From positions 34,596,001 to 34,660,000 of the forward strand of contig NC_043006.1 of the NCBI RefSeq assembly GCF_006345805.1: 64,000 nt of DNA, written 5' to 3'. Positions 13,261 through 26,356 of the stretch are shown here, one piece after another. Origin of the DNA: Octopus sinensis (Eukaryota). Position numbers and translations under genes: made by a program. Each line of letters begins with the position of its first letter. The stretch's first letter is position 1. The notes beneath the pieces were generated by a model. It ran no database searches, was not told the origin of the DNA, and saw only the letters and a list, made by a program, of their open reading frames with translations.

Positions 13261-15409
13261 AATGAACATAAATTGAGAGTGAAGAGCAGGAGATAGAAAA
13301 GGCATCTAGCAGCTGATAGTTGAGGAGGAGTGATGAGTGTGTGTGAGTGGAAGTAGTGTCAATAATATATCAAATGGCAATGAACCTGAACAGCGAGGTT
13401 TGATGACACAGATGTAATGGTTGTGGTGGTAGAAATCTTAATGGTTGTGATATAATAGCTACCGGGCTTGTGATAGTTGAAGTGGTGCTGATAGCAATAA
13501 AATGGTGCCGGTGGTGTTAGCATAGGAGCCATGGTTGTGGTGGTAGTAGTCACGGAAATGGTAGCAAGAAGTAGAAGCAATCACTCAACTAGGGAATATG
13601 ATTTTGCATGTTACATATGAGTTCGAGTGTATATGTGTGTGTATATGTGAGTGCAAGTGCATATATATGCATACATCTGATTTGTGGATTTATGAGTAGC
13701 AGTGTGTGCATATGAATGTAAGCATGACAGAGTAAATATATACAAGTCAGTGTGTATATGAGTGTAAGCTTGAATGTGTATATAAGTGTGTGTATACATA
13801 TGTGCCTGCATTGAAACGTGTTCAGCGCTGATTGTGTGAGTACATTCGTACATGATTGCTGGTATCTATTAAATTCTTCATTAACTCTGCCACACATCTG
13901 TCCTAAGCCAGGTCAAGAAATAAGGAAAGTTGGTCATAAGACTGGTACCGTTACTCTGAAAAGAGACTACTTCACAGCAGAAACCCCTATGAGCTTTCCA
14001 AACAAAGAGAACTAGCACGGATTAACCGTGAAGGGTTCGGATCAAAACTGAAAGGACATCCAGATCCTGATTGCCCAGGTTTTCCATACTGAACAAACCT
14101 TAAACATCAACACTTGGAACTAGCATGGGAGAGAAGGACTAATTCAACATGGATTGACCATGAAGGGTTCAGATCAAAACTAAAAGAACATCCAGATACT
14201 GATTGCCCAGGTTTTCCATACTGAACAAACCTTAAACATCAACACTTGGAATATCTGCACTTTATATCAAAGCAGAAAGCTTTGATATTAAGTCATTCAA
14301 GAAACAGCCAAATACACTTTGGACATACTGGGATGGAGTGTAATGAAAACTTGTAGCCCACTGCCATGAGGCTGGAGGAACCAGTTGACCATGTGTGTTA
14401 CTGTGATAAGAACAAGGACTGTGACGGAAGTTATCACAGGAGTAACAAGAGGAAGACAAAGAAAGACAAATGGATTAGGTGGGCCTTGGTGAAGGTGGTA
14501 TGCAAGTAACTAGTTCAGAGGAACAGAGGCCATTGTGGCAGCAAGGGAAAAGACAGACAGAGAAAAGAGTAAATCTATGTGCTAGTTTTTGCTAGTGGGT
14601 TAAAGTATGACCAAGGATGTTCGAGATGTGACAAGCTTGTTCTGAGCATCTAGAATTACAATGCTTAACGACTCCTTCTTTTTTTTAAGGAGGGTGTGAT
14701 GTAACAGTTATTAAATTATTTCTAGCAGGTCAAGTTACCATATGAATTCTATGGATTCTTGTCTTTGTACTGAGTTTGTGAGTGAATCAGTCGCCAATAA
14801 GTTGAATGGATCTCAGGTTTCTGTATGTCCACTTGCACGTATACAGTTTACATGTATGCTTGTGTATGTGTATATACATACATGAGTCCCACCCATGCCA
14901 GCATGGAAGGCAGACGCTAAATGATGATGTGTGTACACATGTATGTATTCATGTTAAGTGGACACAATTATTTATACATATGAATAGTCAGGACACTTTT
15001 GTAGATATAAGCTTTTCAAGTATAGAACTGTGTCCGTATCCTGTATGTTATGCATGGTTATTGGCCAGTTTGCAATGTGTACAAATACCTTTTTAATGTT
15101 TTGTTCGTGTTTGTCTAATAATTCAAATACATTATGTGTATATACCACCTAACTTCCTTGAATGCAATCATTACTGCAAATCTAATGCCTCTTTGCAAAA
15201 GCTACACAAGTTTTTCTGTAAATAGTTTATTTCTTAAACAAACCTGTTTTCAAAAAAATAAATAAATAAATAAAAATCGCCCATAAACAAAACACAAAAA
15301 ATTAACAATAATAAAAAAAATATAAAAAAATATCAAAACTAACAACTGCTTTGTACACAGTTTGTAATAAAAGGTTTTTACAGTCAAGTATATTCTCCAT
15401 TTAACACAC

Positions 15410-15518
15410 CTGAAACCCATTGCTCTAATGCAAATTCTATCAAACCAGTAACCATTAGTACACTTCTGTTTGCTGTGCTTCACCAAATATCTCTTTGCCA
15501 TCAATGGCCACCAACCCT
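15410..15518 (-). CDS. Candidate coding exon of unidentified minus-strand gene
   Basis: tgtag|AG...TTCAG|gtgtgt. Open frame GWWPLMAKRYLVKHSKQKCTNGYWFDRICIRAMGF; phase-2 end is compatible with the exon at 10339-10456. No family recognised. Confidence 0.3.
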
Positions 15519-15949
15519 CTACAATCGTTTACATGTAAGTTGAAAAGAACAGTGACATTGCTAAAGTGATTAATATGAAACCTTTATCTACCTGTGAAGG
15601 TGTTCCTGCATTAAGGAGAATGTATTTCAATTCTAACGAGAGTGAGTTGGGAAAGGTGTGAAAAGGAGAGTGGTTGAGTTTAATATTGGAGGTATCAGAA
15701 AATTGAAATGATGTAATTGTAAAAAGGTGAAAAGAGAAACACTTTTCTGCATGAATATATCTTTTATCAGGTGTTTGTTTTGGTCATTAGACTGTGGCCA
15801 TGCTGGGGCATCACCTTGAAGAATTTTAGTCAAACAAATCAACCTCAGTACTTATATTTTTAAGTCTGGTACTAATTACTAATTCTATTGGTCTCTTTTG
15901 CCAAACTGCTATGTGCGTGTGTGTATTATATATATATATATATATATAT

Positions 15950-16014
<65 letters not shown>

Positions 16015-16344
16015 CATAGGTGCAGGAATGGCTGTGTGTAAGTAGCTTGCTTCCCAACCACATGGGTTCCAGGTTCAGTCCAGTGGCATGGCACCTTGGG
16101 CAAGCGTCTTCTACTATAGCCTCAGGCCAACCAAAGCCTTGTAAGTGGATTTGGTAGATGGAAACTGAAAGAAGCCCATTGTATATATATATATATATAT
16201 ATGTATATGCGTTTACATCCCTGTAACTTAGTGGTTTGGCAAAAGTGACCGATAGAATAAGTACTAGGCTTACAAAGAATAAGTCCTGGGGTCGATTTGT
16301 TCAACAGAATTACAGATAGTATATATGGAATTTTGATCTACTGT

Positions 16345-16788
16345 CGGGTGACTTTTGACTAACCCTCTATACACACAATCTCTCACATGTACAATCATTA
16401 TATATATATACATATATATATACATATATATATATACATATACATATATATATATACATAATATATATACATATATATATATATAATATACATATACATA
16501 TATATATATACATATATATATACATATACATATATATATATACATATACATATAATATATATACATATACATATATATATATACATATACATATATATAT
16601 ATACATATATACATATACACATATATATATAACATATATATATATACATATACATATATACATATATATATATACATATACATATATACATATCACTATA
16701 TACATATACACATAGATATATATATATATATATATATACATATATACATCATACACATATACATATATACATATACACATATACATAT

Positions 16789-16848
<60 letters not shown>

Positions 16849-17457
16849 TTAATCGCAGACACACAAACAGATACATATTCACAAACGTCTATATATATAT
16901 ATATATGTATGTATATAGATGACTTATAGAAGAGGTGTCTATTTTGGCAAGCCACCCACCACCACCACCACTACCAGAGTAAAACAATTCCAAGCCAATT
17001 TGGCACTAAGCCACGGAGTTGTCCCCCATACTCATCTCACTTTCTCAGTATGTATATCTGCATATATATGTGTATATCCTTATACACACGTGCATATATT
17101 ATATACACCCACGCATCCACACATGTGATATACATCTGTGCATATAAACACACACAAACAAATGTGTGTATGTGTGCATATATGTGTGTGTGTGTGTATG
17201 TATATATATATATATACACATATATATATACACATATATATACACATATATATATACACACAATATTATACATATATACACACACATATATATACATAAT
17301 ATACACATATATATATACATATATATATATATTATACATATATATATACATATATATATACATATATATATATATACATATATTACATATATATATATAC
17401 ATATTATATACATATATATATATACATATATATATATACATATATACATAATATTAG

Positions 17458-17492
<35 letters not shown>

Positions 17493-17740
17493 ACATATAT
17501 ATATATATACATATATATACATATATATATATACATATATATATATACATATATACATATATATATATACATATATATATATACATATATAATATACATA
17601 TATACATATATAGATTTACATATATATACATATATATATATACATATATATATATACATAATATATATATATACATATATATATATACATATATATTACA
17701 TATTATATATTATACATATATATATATACAATATATATAA
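16345..17740. repeat. Two degenerate (TA)n/(TACA)n arrays (16345-16850, 17195-17740)
   Basis: Direct reading. Confidence 0.95.
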
Positions 17741-18004
17741 GAAAGAGATGGACGCTTCAACTCTATGCTGCTGCCGCATTATGTCGTACGTGAATGAGAG
17801 GATTTGCATCCCCAACCAAGAATTTTTGATGTAACACATGTCCTTGTGGAAGCTGTTGTGCGGCTGAAGAAGGCCACAGACATACATTATGCATTGTTAT
17901 AAATCTGTCTAATAAAGGCCCGAAACATATGTACCACTGAATCCGTCGCATCATGTTTTTATTTTATTTTGATCAATTTATATATATATATATATATATG
18001 TCTC

Positions 18005-18405
18005 TATATACCTGTCTGGCCCCCGTGCCGGTGACACGTAAAAGCACCATCCGTTTCGTGGCCGTTTGGCAGCTCTGTCTGGCCCCCGTGTTGGTGGCAC
18101 GTAAAAGCACCATCCGTTCGTGTCCGTTGCCAGCCTCGCCTGGCCCCGTGCCGGTGACACGTAAAAGCACCATCCGTTCGTGGCCGTTTGCCAGCTCTGT
18201 CTGGCACCTGTGCGGGTGGCACGTAAAAAGCACCCACTACACTCATGGAGTGGTTGGCGTTAGGAAGGGCATCCAGCCGTAGAAACACTGCCAGATCTGA
18301 CTGGGCCTGATGAAGCCTTCCAGCTTCACAGACCCCAGTTGAACCGTCCAACCCATGCTAGCATGGAGAACGGACGCTAAATGATGATGATGATGATGAT
18401 GATGA
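18005..18405 (+). mobile_element. RTE 3'-tail element (family B, representative copy)
   Basis: Nearly identical to the 3' UTR of the RTE at 62340-62962, ending (GAT)n. Other copies at about 590-785, 3506-3780, 4770-4960, 7420-7650, 7980-8160, 10775-10880, 21640-21780, 22740-22920, 27027-27445, 28490-28907, 54900-55050, 55780-55930, 56045-56300, 58855-59005, 60080-60420, 60845-60930. Confidence 0.88.
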
Positions 18406-18409
18406 TATA

Positions 18410-18896
18410 CATATATATATGTATCTATATATCTGTATATAATATATATATATATGTATCTATATATCTGTATATAATATATATATATGTATCTATATAT
18501 CTGTATATAATATATATATGTATCTATATATCTGTATATAATATATATATATGTATCTATATATCTGTATATAATATATATATATGTATCTATATATCTG
18601 TATATAATATATATATATGTATCTATATATCCGTATATAATATATATATATGTATCTATATATCTGTATATAATATATATATGTATATATATATATATAA
18701 CCAAACGGTATAACACAGGTGCTTAAATTATCAAGTACTCACCCCGAATTTCTCTCTCTCCTCTCTCTATATATATATATATATATATTATATACAGGTA
18801 TATAGAGACATAATATATATATATATATATATATATTATATACAAATATAGAGACATATATATATATATATATATTATATACAAATATATAGAGAC

Positions 18897-18928
<32 letters not shown>

Positions 18929-19000
18929 TATATACAAATATATAGATACATATATATATATATATTATATACAGATATATAGATACATATATATATATAC
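18410..19000. repeat. TA-rich higher-order minisatellite (~30-bp unit GTATCTATATATCTGTATATAAT(AT)n)
   Basis: About eight near-identical units at 18420-18680, then related units to ~19000. Confidence 0.9.
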
Positions 19001-19973
19001 ACACGTAAATGTACAGGTATATAACATACACACACAGACTTACATGAATCTTGCTGCTCACTTTGTCTTCCTCATTGCCCTATTGACATATAGGTGAGAC
19101 AGCAGGAACTAGTTCAGAGTCTAAACCTAACAAATAGCAAACTCAGTATCTCTTGCCAAGTAACTTCTATTAATTACTTATAATTATTATGACAAGTTAC
19201 TTGATATGAGATGCAGGTTGTTGTAGATGCTGAGATGAGGCACTGAACTAGCAACTTGAAGTAATAATAAATTGTGTTGTCTAAGTCCACCTACTTAAGC
19301 TTAACCACGAAGGTGTTGCAATAAAATATGATTAGCAGAAGTTGTGCATAAGAAAAGATATGCTTAAACTGAAACGAAAGCTTCAGTTATAATTTCTGCA
19401 GATGTAGATTTGCAGATTTTTGTTTTCTGGAGAATGCCAATGTTATAGAAACAAACACTTGTTGGAAACATGCCAGTGTCACAGAATCACAGACACCAGA
19501 AAACAAAACCCAAAAGAGAAAGAAACGAAATTTTTCATGCCAAGTCATTGAAATATAAAAGATGTGTGGCCTAAGGCGCAGTAATGGCTTTGTGGTAAGT
19601 AGCTTGCTTACCAACCATATGGTTCTGGGTTCAGTTCCACTGTGTGGCACCTTGGGCAAGTGTCTTCTACTATAGCCTTGGGCTGACCAAAGCTTTGTGA
19701 GTGGATTTGGTAGACGGAAACTAAAAGAAGCTCGCCGTATATATGTACATATGTGTGTGTGTGTGTGTGCATGCTTATGTTTGTGTGTCTGTGTTCGTCC
19801 CCTCAACATCGCTTGACAACTGATGCTGGTGTGTTTACATACCCGTAACTTAGTAGTTCGGCAAAAGAGACCGATAGAATATGTGCTAGGCTTACAAAGA
19901 AAAAAGTCCTGGGGTCGACTTGCTTGACTAAAGGTGGTGCTCCAGCATGGCCGCAGTCAAGTGACTGAAACAA

Positions 19974-20006
<33 letters not shown>

Positions 20007-21482
20007 TTAGCATGAGAATGGAGAAAATGATAAATCTGTATTGAAGGGAAGTTGTGGAGGTCTGTGCAGATGTAAAGTTTTTGGTGAAGCTTGAAAATTT
20101 AGATTGATGCTGTTGTTGAATTAACCTCAAGTAATCTTTCATCAAGCAACAAGATTGATCAAAGATGTTCTGGCTATGACCATTTTTTTTCTTACTCTCT
20201 TTTGCTTATGGTGGTCATTGGATTGTGGCCATGTTGGGGCACCACCTTAAAAAGGTTTTAGTCGAACACATCAACTGCAGCACTAAATTGTTTTTTTTAA
20301 GCCTAGTACATATTCTATCAGTCCCTTTTGCTGAAATGCCAAGTTATGAGGACATAAACAAACCAACACTGCTTGTCAAGCAGTGGTAGGGAATACACAC
20401 ACACACACATGACAGGCTTCTTTCAGTTTCCATCTACCAAATCCACTCACAAAGCTTTGGTTGGCCCAGGGCTACAGTAGAAGACACTTGCCCAAGATGC
20501 CCCAGAATGGGACCAAACCCAAGACCACGTGGTTGAGAAGTAAGCTTCTTAACTACATAGCTAGACCTAAAAAACTACATTATTGGCATAAAGACCCCTT
20601 TCAGTCATGAATAACCACGGGATTGCACCTAGAAAGCTCCCTTCTGAAGCACAAGTCTGTTTATAAAAATAACTTGTATGAGTCTGTTTGTTATTTCTAA
20701 CAGGTCAAGCAATAATGCAGAAAGCTCTTCATTGACACAGAAAATTTGGATAAGTTCATTTACTGTGGAGAGACAAACTTTATTAAAAATAAAGAGGCTG
20801 AGGCTTACTAACTAAAGATACTAGCCAGTTCTGCAAATTCCTGAAACAATGCCAAAATCTAAATGTTACAGAAACACAGCATCTTTGGAGAACCACCTTA
20901 GTATAAAATGCCACTGCAGAGAGACGATGGAAGCAAAAGACTCCAGTTAGAAGCCGATTTCTCAAAATTTTAAACACACTGTTATGTTAGGGGAAGAAGC
21001 CCTGAGGACAGAAAATGAAGAAGGACAAATTAAACGTGAAGGGAAAAAGTCTTTCTGCTTTAGCATGTACAAAATCCAAATACAGAAGTTGATGGCAAAC
21101 AGGTGATATGAGACTTGCCTTGACAAGTATTCACCTCAGAATTGATGAGCTTGTTAATAAAAAAATATAACATTTTTTATCTTTTACTAGTTTCAGTCAT
21201 TAGACTACAGCTATGGGAAGCGGGACACACACACACCACTTTAAAGAATTTTTAGTCGAATGAATCAACCCCAGTACTTATTTTTTTAAAGGCCTGTTAC
21301 TTATTCTATCAGTTTATTTTGCTGAACCACTAAGTTATGTGGAACATAAACACACCAAAACCAGTTGTCAAACTGAGGTAGGTGACAAGCATAAACACAG
21401 ACGCATACACACACACATGTATATGTGTATATATAAATAAAAAAGCCCATTGTGTGAGCGTGTGTGTATGTATGTATGTATG

Positions 21483-21542
<60 letters not shown>

Positions 21543-22499
21543 TCTTATATGAGAAAAAGGAAATGGAGAAATTAATATATAAACATCAAATTCAATGTTA
21601 TACTGAATGGAATTTGTTCAAATAAATCGATGTCCATATATGTAAAAAGCACTATCCGATCTTGGTCAATGCCAGCTACTCTGGCCCCTGCACTGATGGC
21701 ACGTAAAAAGCAGCCACTACACGCTTGGAGTGGTTGGCATTAGGAAGGGCATCCAGCTGTAGAAACACTGCCAGATCAGATCAAATTGGCCGCAGTATGT
21801 ATTTTAAGTCTAGTACTTATTCTATCGGTCTCTTTTGCAAAACTGCTAAGCTACGGTGATGTAAACAAACCAACAGCTGTTGTCAAGCAGTGGTGGGGGA
21901 CAAACACACACACCCACTTGCATTTTTTATTATCATCCTTACCCACATTGTTTCCTCCCATCATCTTTTCTGCCTCCAGCCATTGCTCTCTATCTCACCA
22001 TTCTTAACATCTCTCTTACTGGTTGTCAATCTCAATACCCTCTCACATTGACCATCACACCACATTTACTATAGCCCACCCCCTGCGCATCCTGGGCCAC
22101 TCCTGAATTTCTTACTGTCGCTTGCAACACGCATCTCTACCTCCATCTTGTCCTCTCTATCCAACCCTTCTCCCACAATCCACTGTATCTTGAGATGTTC
22201 CAACATCCCACCACCAATTCAGTCTTCTTCCCAGCTTTCCAATTACTCAGTCTCGCATCTCTATTACAAACCACCTGGGCTTGTTCTTCAAATCACATTC
22301 TACCTTCCAACAACTGGTATAGAACCCTCCCCATCCTCTCAAATGCTAAACCCCTCCATTATACAGTTCTATATATAAGAGATGAGGAATTATGTACATT
22401 ATTTACATTTGACAAATTTGTCAATAGGCATATGGCAGAGTGGTTAAAAGTGCAGGCTACTCACCCCAAGATTCTGAGTTCGATTCCATGCAGTGACAT

Positions 22500-22665
22500 T
22501 AATAATAATAATAATAACATCGAAAAATACCTTAGGAATGAAAACCCAGGTTCAAAATTTCCCCAAGACACCTGATGAAGGTTGGAGGGTATATCAGCCG
22601 AAATGTGTTAACAACAAACAAGATGAGGACAAATATCCGTCAAATGTAAATAATGTAAATAACCC
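22500..22665 (+). mobile_element. Penelope-like element terminal remnant with degenerate hammerhead motif
   Basis: After (AAT)n: ...GACAC CTGATGA A GGTTG-loop-CAGCC GAAA TGTGTT..., an architecture typical of Penelope-like terminal repeats. Confidence 0.5.
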
Positions 22666-23950
22666 TCCATTACACTTGCAGAGGTTTTTTTTTCTTCTTG
22701 CTGTTCCTTTCTTTTCTTATTTTGCAAGTCATTTGGCAACACTGCTAGTATCGGTGGCACGAAAAATAAAGCACCCGGTACACTCTATAAACAGGTTGGC
22801 ATTACGAAGGGCATCTGGACGTAGAAACTATGTCAAAGCAGACACTGAGGTTCGACACAGCCTTACAGCTCACCAGACCCTGCCAAACACTCCAATCCTT
22901 GCCAGCATGAAACACAGGCATCAATTTGTATATCTTTTACAAGTTTCACTCATTCGACTTCGGCCATGCTGGGGCACCGCCTTGAATTTTTAGTTGAAAG
23001 AAAACATACCAGTACTTAAAGTTTTAAAGCCTGGTAATTATTTAATCGAAATTTTTTGCCGAACCTCTAAGTTACAGGGATTCCATCTACCAAATTCACT
23101 GACAAGGCATTAGTCAGTTCGGAGCTATAGAAGACACTTGTCCAAGGTGCCATGCAGTGAGACAGAACTCAAAACCACATAGTTAAAGAGAGCGAACTTT
23201 GTAACCACGTAGCCATGTCTGCGCCAATATTGTACAGTTAACATTCTAAACTTGAGTGACACCATGATGAAAGAAGAATTAAATTTGTTTTGTTTATTAT
23301 AAACCTCCAATTTATTAGCGGGGTTGAAGAGTGTTGTTCACAGCCCTGAAGTTATAAAACTGACTTAAAACAGAGAGGGAGAGGAGTGAAACAATAGAGA
23401 GAACTGGAAGCAAAATGAAAAAGAAAATGGTACTGGAGGAAGTGTTTATTTTCATAGAAAGTAGCTTTAAAATAATGGCAACATGTTGAGAGTGAGAGAG
23501 AGAGAGAGTACAAGGGAAAGTATTGAAAGGAAGGACAAAGGAAAGTGCAGAAAAAATTATACAAACACATATTCAAGATCGAGAACTGGTTACTCCTTTC
23601 CACATACAATGCCAATACTAAATAAGCAAATATAAATATATAAACACACACAAATGTGTGCGTGTATGCATGTATTGGTACCTATGTACGTGTACATATT
23701 TTTACATAGACACACACGTCCGTGTGTGTGTGGATGGGGTGTTAATGCATGTATGTAAGTATATATTATAAAAATGTCGCAGTGACTAGCGATTCGGCAA
23801 AAGCAACCGATAAAATAAGTACCAAACTTAAAATAAGTACAGGAGTTGATTTGTTCAATTAAGCTTACTAGCCTGTGCTCCAGTATGGCTGCGGTCCAAC
23901 GTTTGAAAGAAGGAGGATAGATAGATAAATCCACGTAAATATATCTAGAC

Positions 23951-24106
23951 CAGTGGTTACCAACCTTTTTACTATCAAGGACCCCTTTTATTTTAATGAG
24001 TTTCCACACGCTTATCCTTGTGTAGATATAAAATTTGAATTTAGCTCACAGTCCCCCCCCCCCGCACTACCTTTGCGGACCGCGAACCATAGGTTGAGAA
24101 CCACTG
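23951..24106. mobile_element. hAT (Charlie/Buster-like) MITE
   Basis: TIRs CAGTGGTT...AACCACTG; 8-bp TSD ATCTAGAC/ATCTAGAT fits the NTCTAGAN target preference. Confidence 0.85.
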
Positions 24107-24490
24107 ATCTAGATGCTCTAAATTTCTCAAAACATTAGAAGCACAAACTCTGAAAAACGATTTAATAATCTGTTTCCTTGATTTCTTTATACAGAAATAT
24201 CAATGAAATATCTTTCTTCTAGGATTTACTATAGAAAGAGAGAGAGAGAGAAGAATGAAAGCAAAGAGAAAAACGAAAACAGAGAGCAGATGACCCTTCG
24301 TTCAACAGCAGACGATCCTTCCTTGAACAGCAGGCGCGTTTAAGATTACATAAAATAAATATGAATGAATCAGAACAGGAAACATTTTGGGTTTTTTTTT
24401 TTTTCTAATTTTTCTTTCTTGTTTTACTGCCGGTACCGCTCCTATTTCCAGACGGAAAAGAATTTCAAGTGACAAATTCCTTCTTCTCAC

Positions 24491-24600
24491 CAAATGTTTA
24501 ACCAAACGTCATTTTTTTCTTTAAAATAAAGCGTTGGGCGACCGCCATCTTTTCTGCTTTCCTATTCCGAAAAAAACTCCAGAATAAATGTTGGAATTAT
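24491..24600 (-). promoter_or_regulatory. Putative TSS / non-coding first exon of an unidentified minus-strand gene
   Basis: YY1-type AAGATGGCG on the minus strand (24543-24551) in a locally CpG-rich patch, followed by donor TTTG|GTGAGA at 24491/24490. The ATG frame closes before the donor, so the exon is likely UTR. Confidence 0.45.
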
Positions 24601-24802
24601 CATTATTATTAGTTTATTATATTTCATTTAGTCCTGTATTTATCTTCATTCTCCTCAGCCAAAAACGCACTCTATTTCCGCTCGAAACAATGAAAAATAT
24701 ATATGTAATGGTTTAACATCGTTTCAATTTATTTTTGTATAATTTCCTACTAACTTTAAAAAAACATTTTACACAAGCCAAAAGATTAGTTTCATCGTGT
24801 AT

Positions 24803-24874
<72 letters not shown>

Positions 24875-26356
24875 TTACTTTACATACACACACATGCCAT
24901 ACACGAAACTTTTGGTCATTGAATTACTTCCCCGATTAAAAATTAAAGATACATATATATTCGTGTATTGAGTTCTATTCTGTTTGGTTCACTATATAGG
25001 GGAAGGTCGTTTTTGACTTTGAGAAGAAATATATTTTTATTTACGTTCACAAGCTTACAAAAACTATATCAGCGAAGCAAACGACCTTCTCTAAATGCAT
25101 TAAAAACATTGTAACAAAATCTGAACACTATTTCAGAAAATTATCATCGCTCTGTTTGAGAATATAAAAGACGAATTTAGATGGGGCAAAATGAGTCAGC
25201 CACGATAAGGTAAATTTGCCGCTTCAATTCTCCAGAATTACATTTGAAAACACAGTCATGTACATCAATATCCATTCTTAGACATCAGAAAGATCAGAAG
25301 TGCATAAGTTTAAGATATCTAGGTCAAATGATAGCGGGGGAAGAAAATGGCGCATATGAAATTAACGAAACTGGACTAGATAAAAAAAAAAACTCAACAT
25401 AAAATATTCTCTATAGCTTCTTCACGATCTGCTAGAGTGTCTCTCTTCATGATATATTTACACACCATGCAGTTAAAGAGAAGAAATTACTGAAATTAGT
25501 CATTACTCATTTACCCCATTTTAAGCACATTGTTTGACACTTGAAAATGATCAAATCAGACATTGGAGTGGGTAAAAACTGACTTGGAATCCAACAGAGA
25601 AGAAATATCGATTGTTAAACACCAAAAATTATCCAGATATTAGCAACCTCAAGTTGAAAAATTCCTTGGAAAAAAAAATTAAAGGCTCCAATCACCTGAC
25701 TATGTCCCAAACCCTAACCCTGAGTCCCTTAACTATGCTGATCAATTTTTACTCCTAGAGATTATGCAAAATTTACAATGTAATCATTTCAAACAGGTAG
25801 GGAGAAAATATCAAGAAACCAGAATTTACTTAATTTACCTAGGTTGCTAATTTTGTCCCCATGTCCTATACATAACTGGGGCGAAAGAAAAGAATACGCA
25901 CACCCGGTGTTTAGGGTTAGGGTTTTTGTTACGCCCAAAACGAGTGGTGTGTGTATTCTTTACCTCCGCCCGTAATTGGTGTGTTTATTGAATTTTTACA
26001 AGAGAGGTGACAGTGACTTCGAAGTTTTGGCCAATTAGCAAGCGAGTTTAAGATTACATACTATTAAACACTGAATAAATTAGTACAGCAAATATAATTT
26101 CCCCTATTTACGACGAAGGGTATCAAGCCGAAACTTCGAAGTCACTATCACCGTCTCGAGCTGGTAGAATTGTTACTACACCAGACAAAATGTTTAGCGG
26201 CATTTCGTGCTCTGAGTTCAAATTCCGCAGAGGCTGGCTTTGCCTTTCATCATTTCGAAGCCGATAAAATAAGTACAAGTTGAGTACTAGGGTCGATGTA
26301 ATCGACTTAAATCCTCTCCCGAACTTGCTGGCCTTGTGCCGGCCGATAACAGAAAA

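Noticed and set aside
19040-23350. Additional minus-strand splice-like sites (~19040-19075, ~19427, ~20810-21000, ~21135, 23305-23345)
   Set aside because: Plausible acceptors and donors exist, but frames are closed or too short to chain with confidence; they could be UTR exons but are unsupported without RNA data.
25700-25925. Interstitial telomere (TTAGGG / CCCTAA; also telomere-like words at ~46500)
   Set aside because: Only two units per site, each inside a small mobile element; not a telomeric array.
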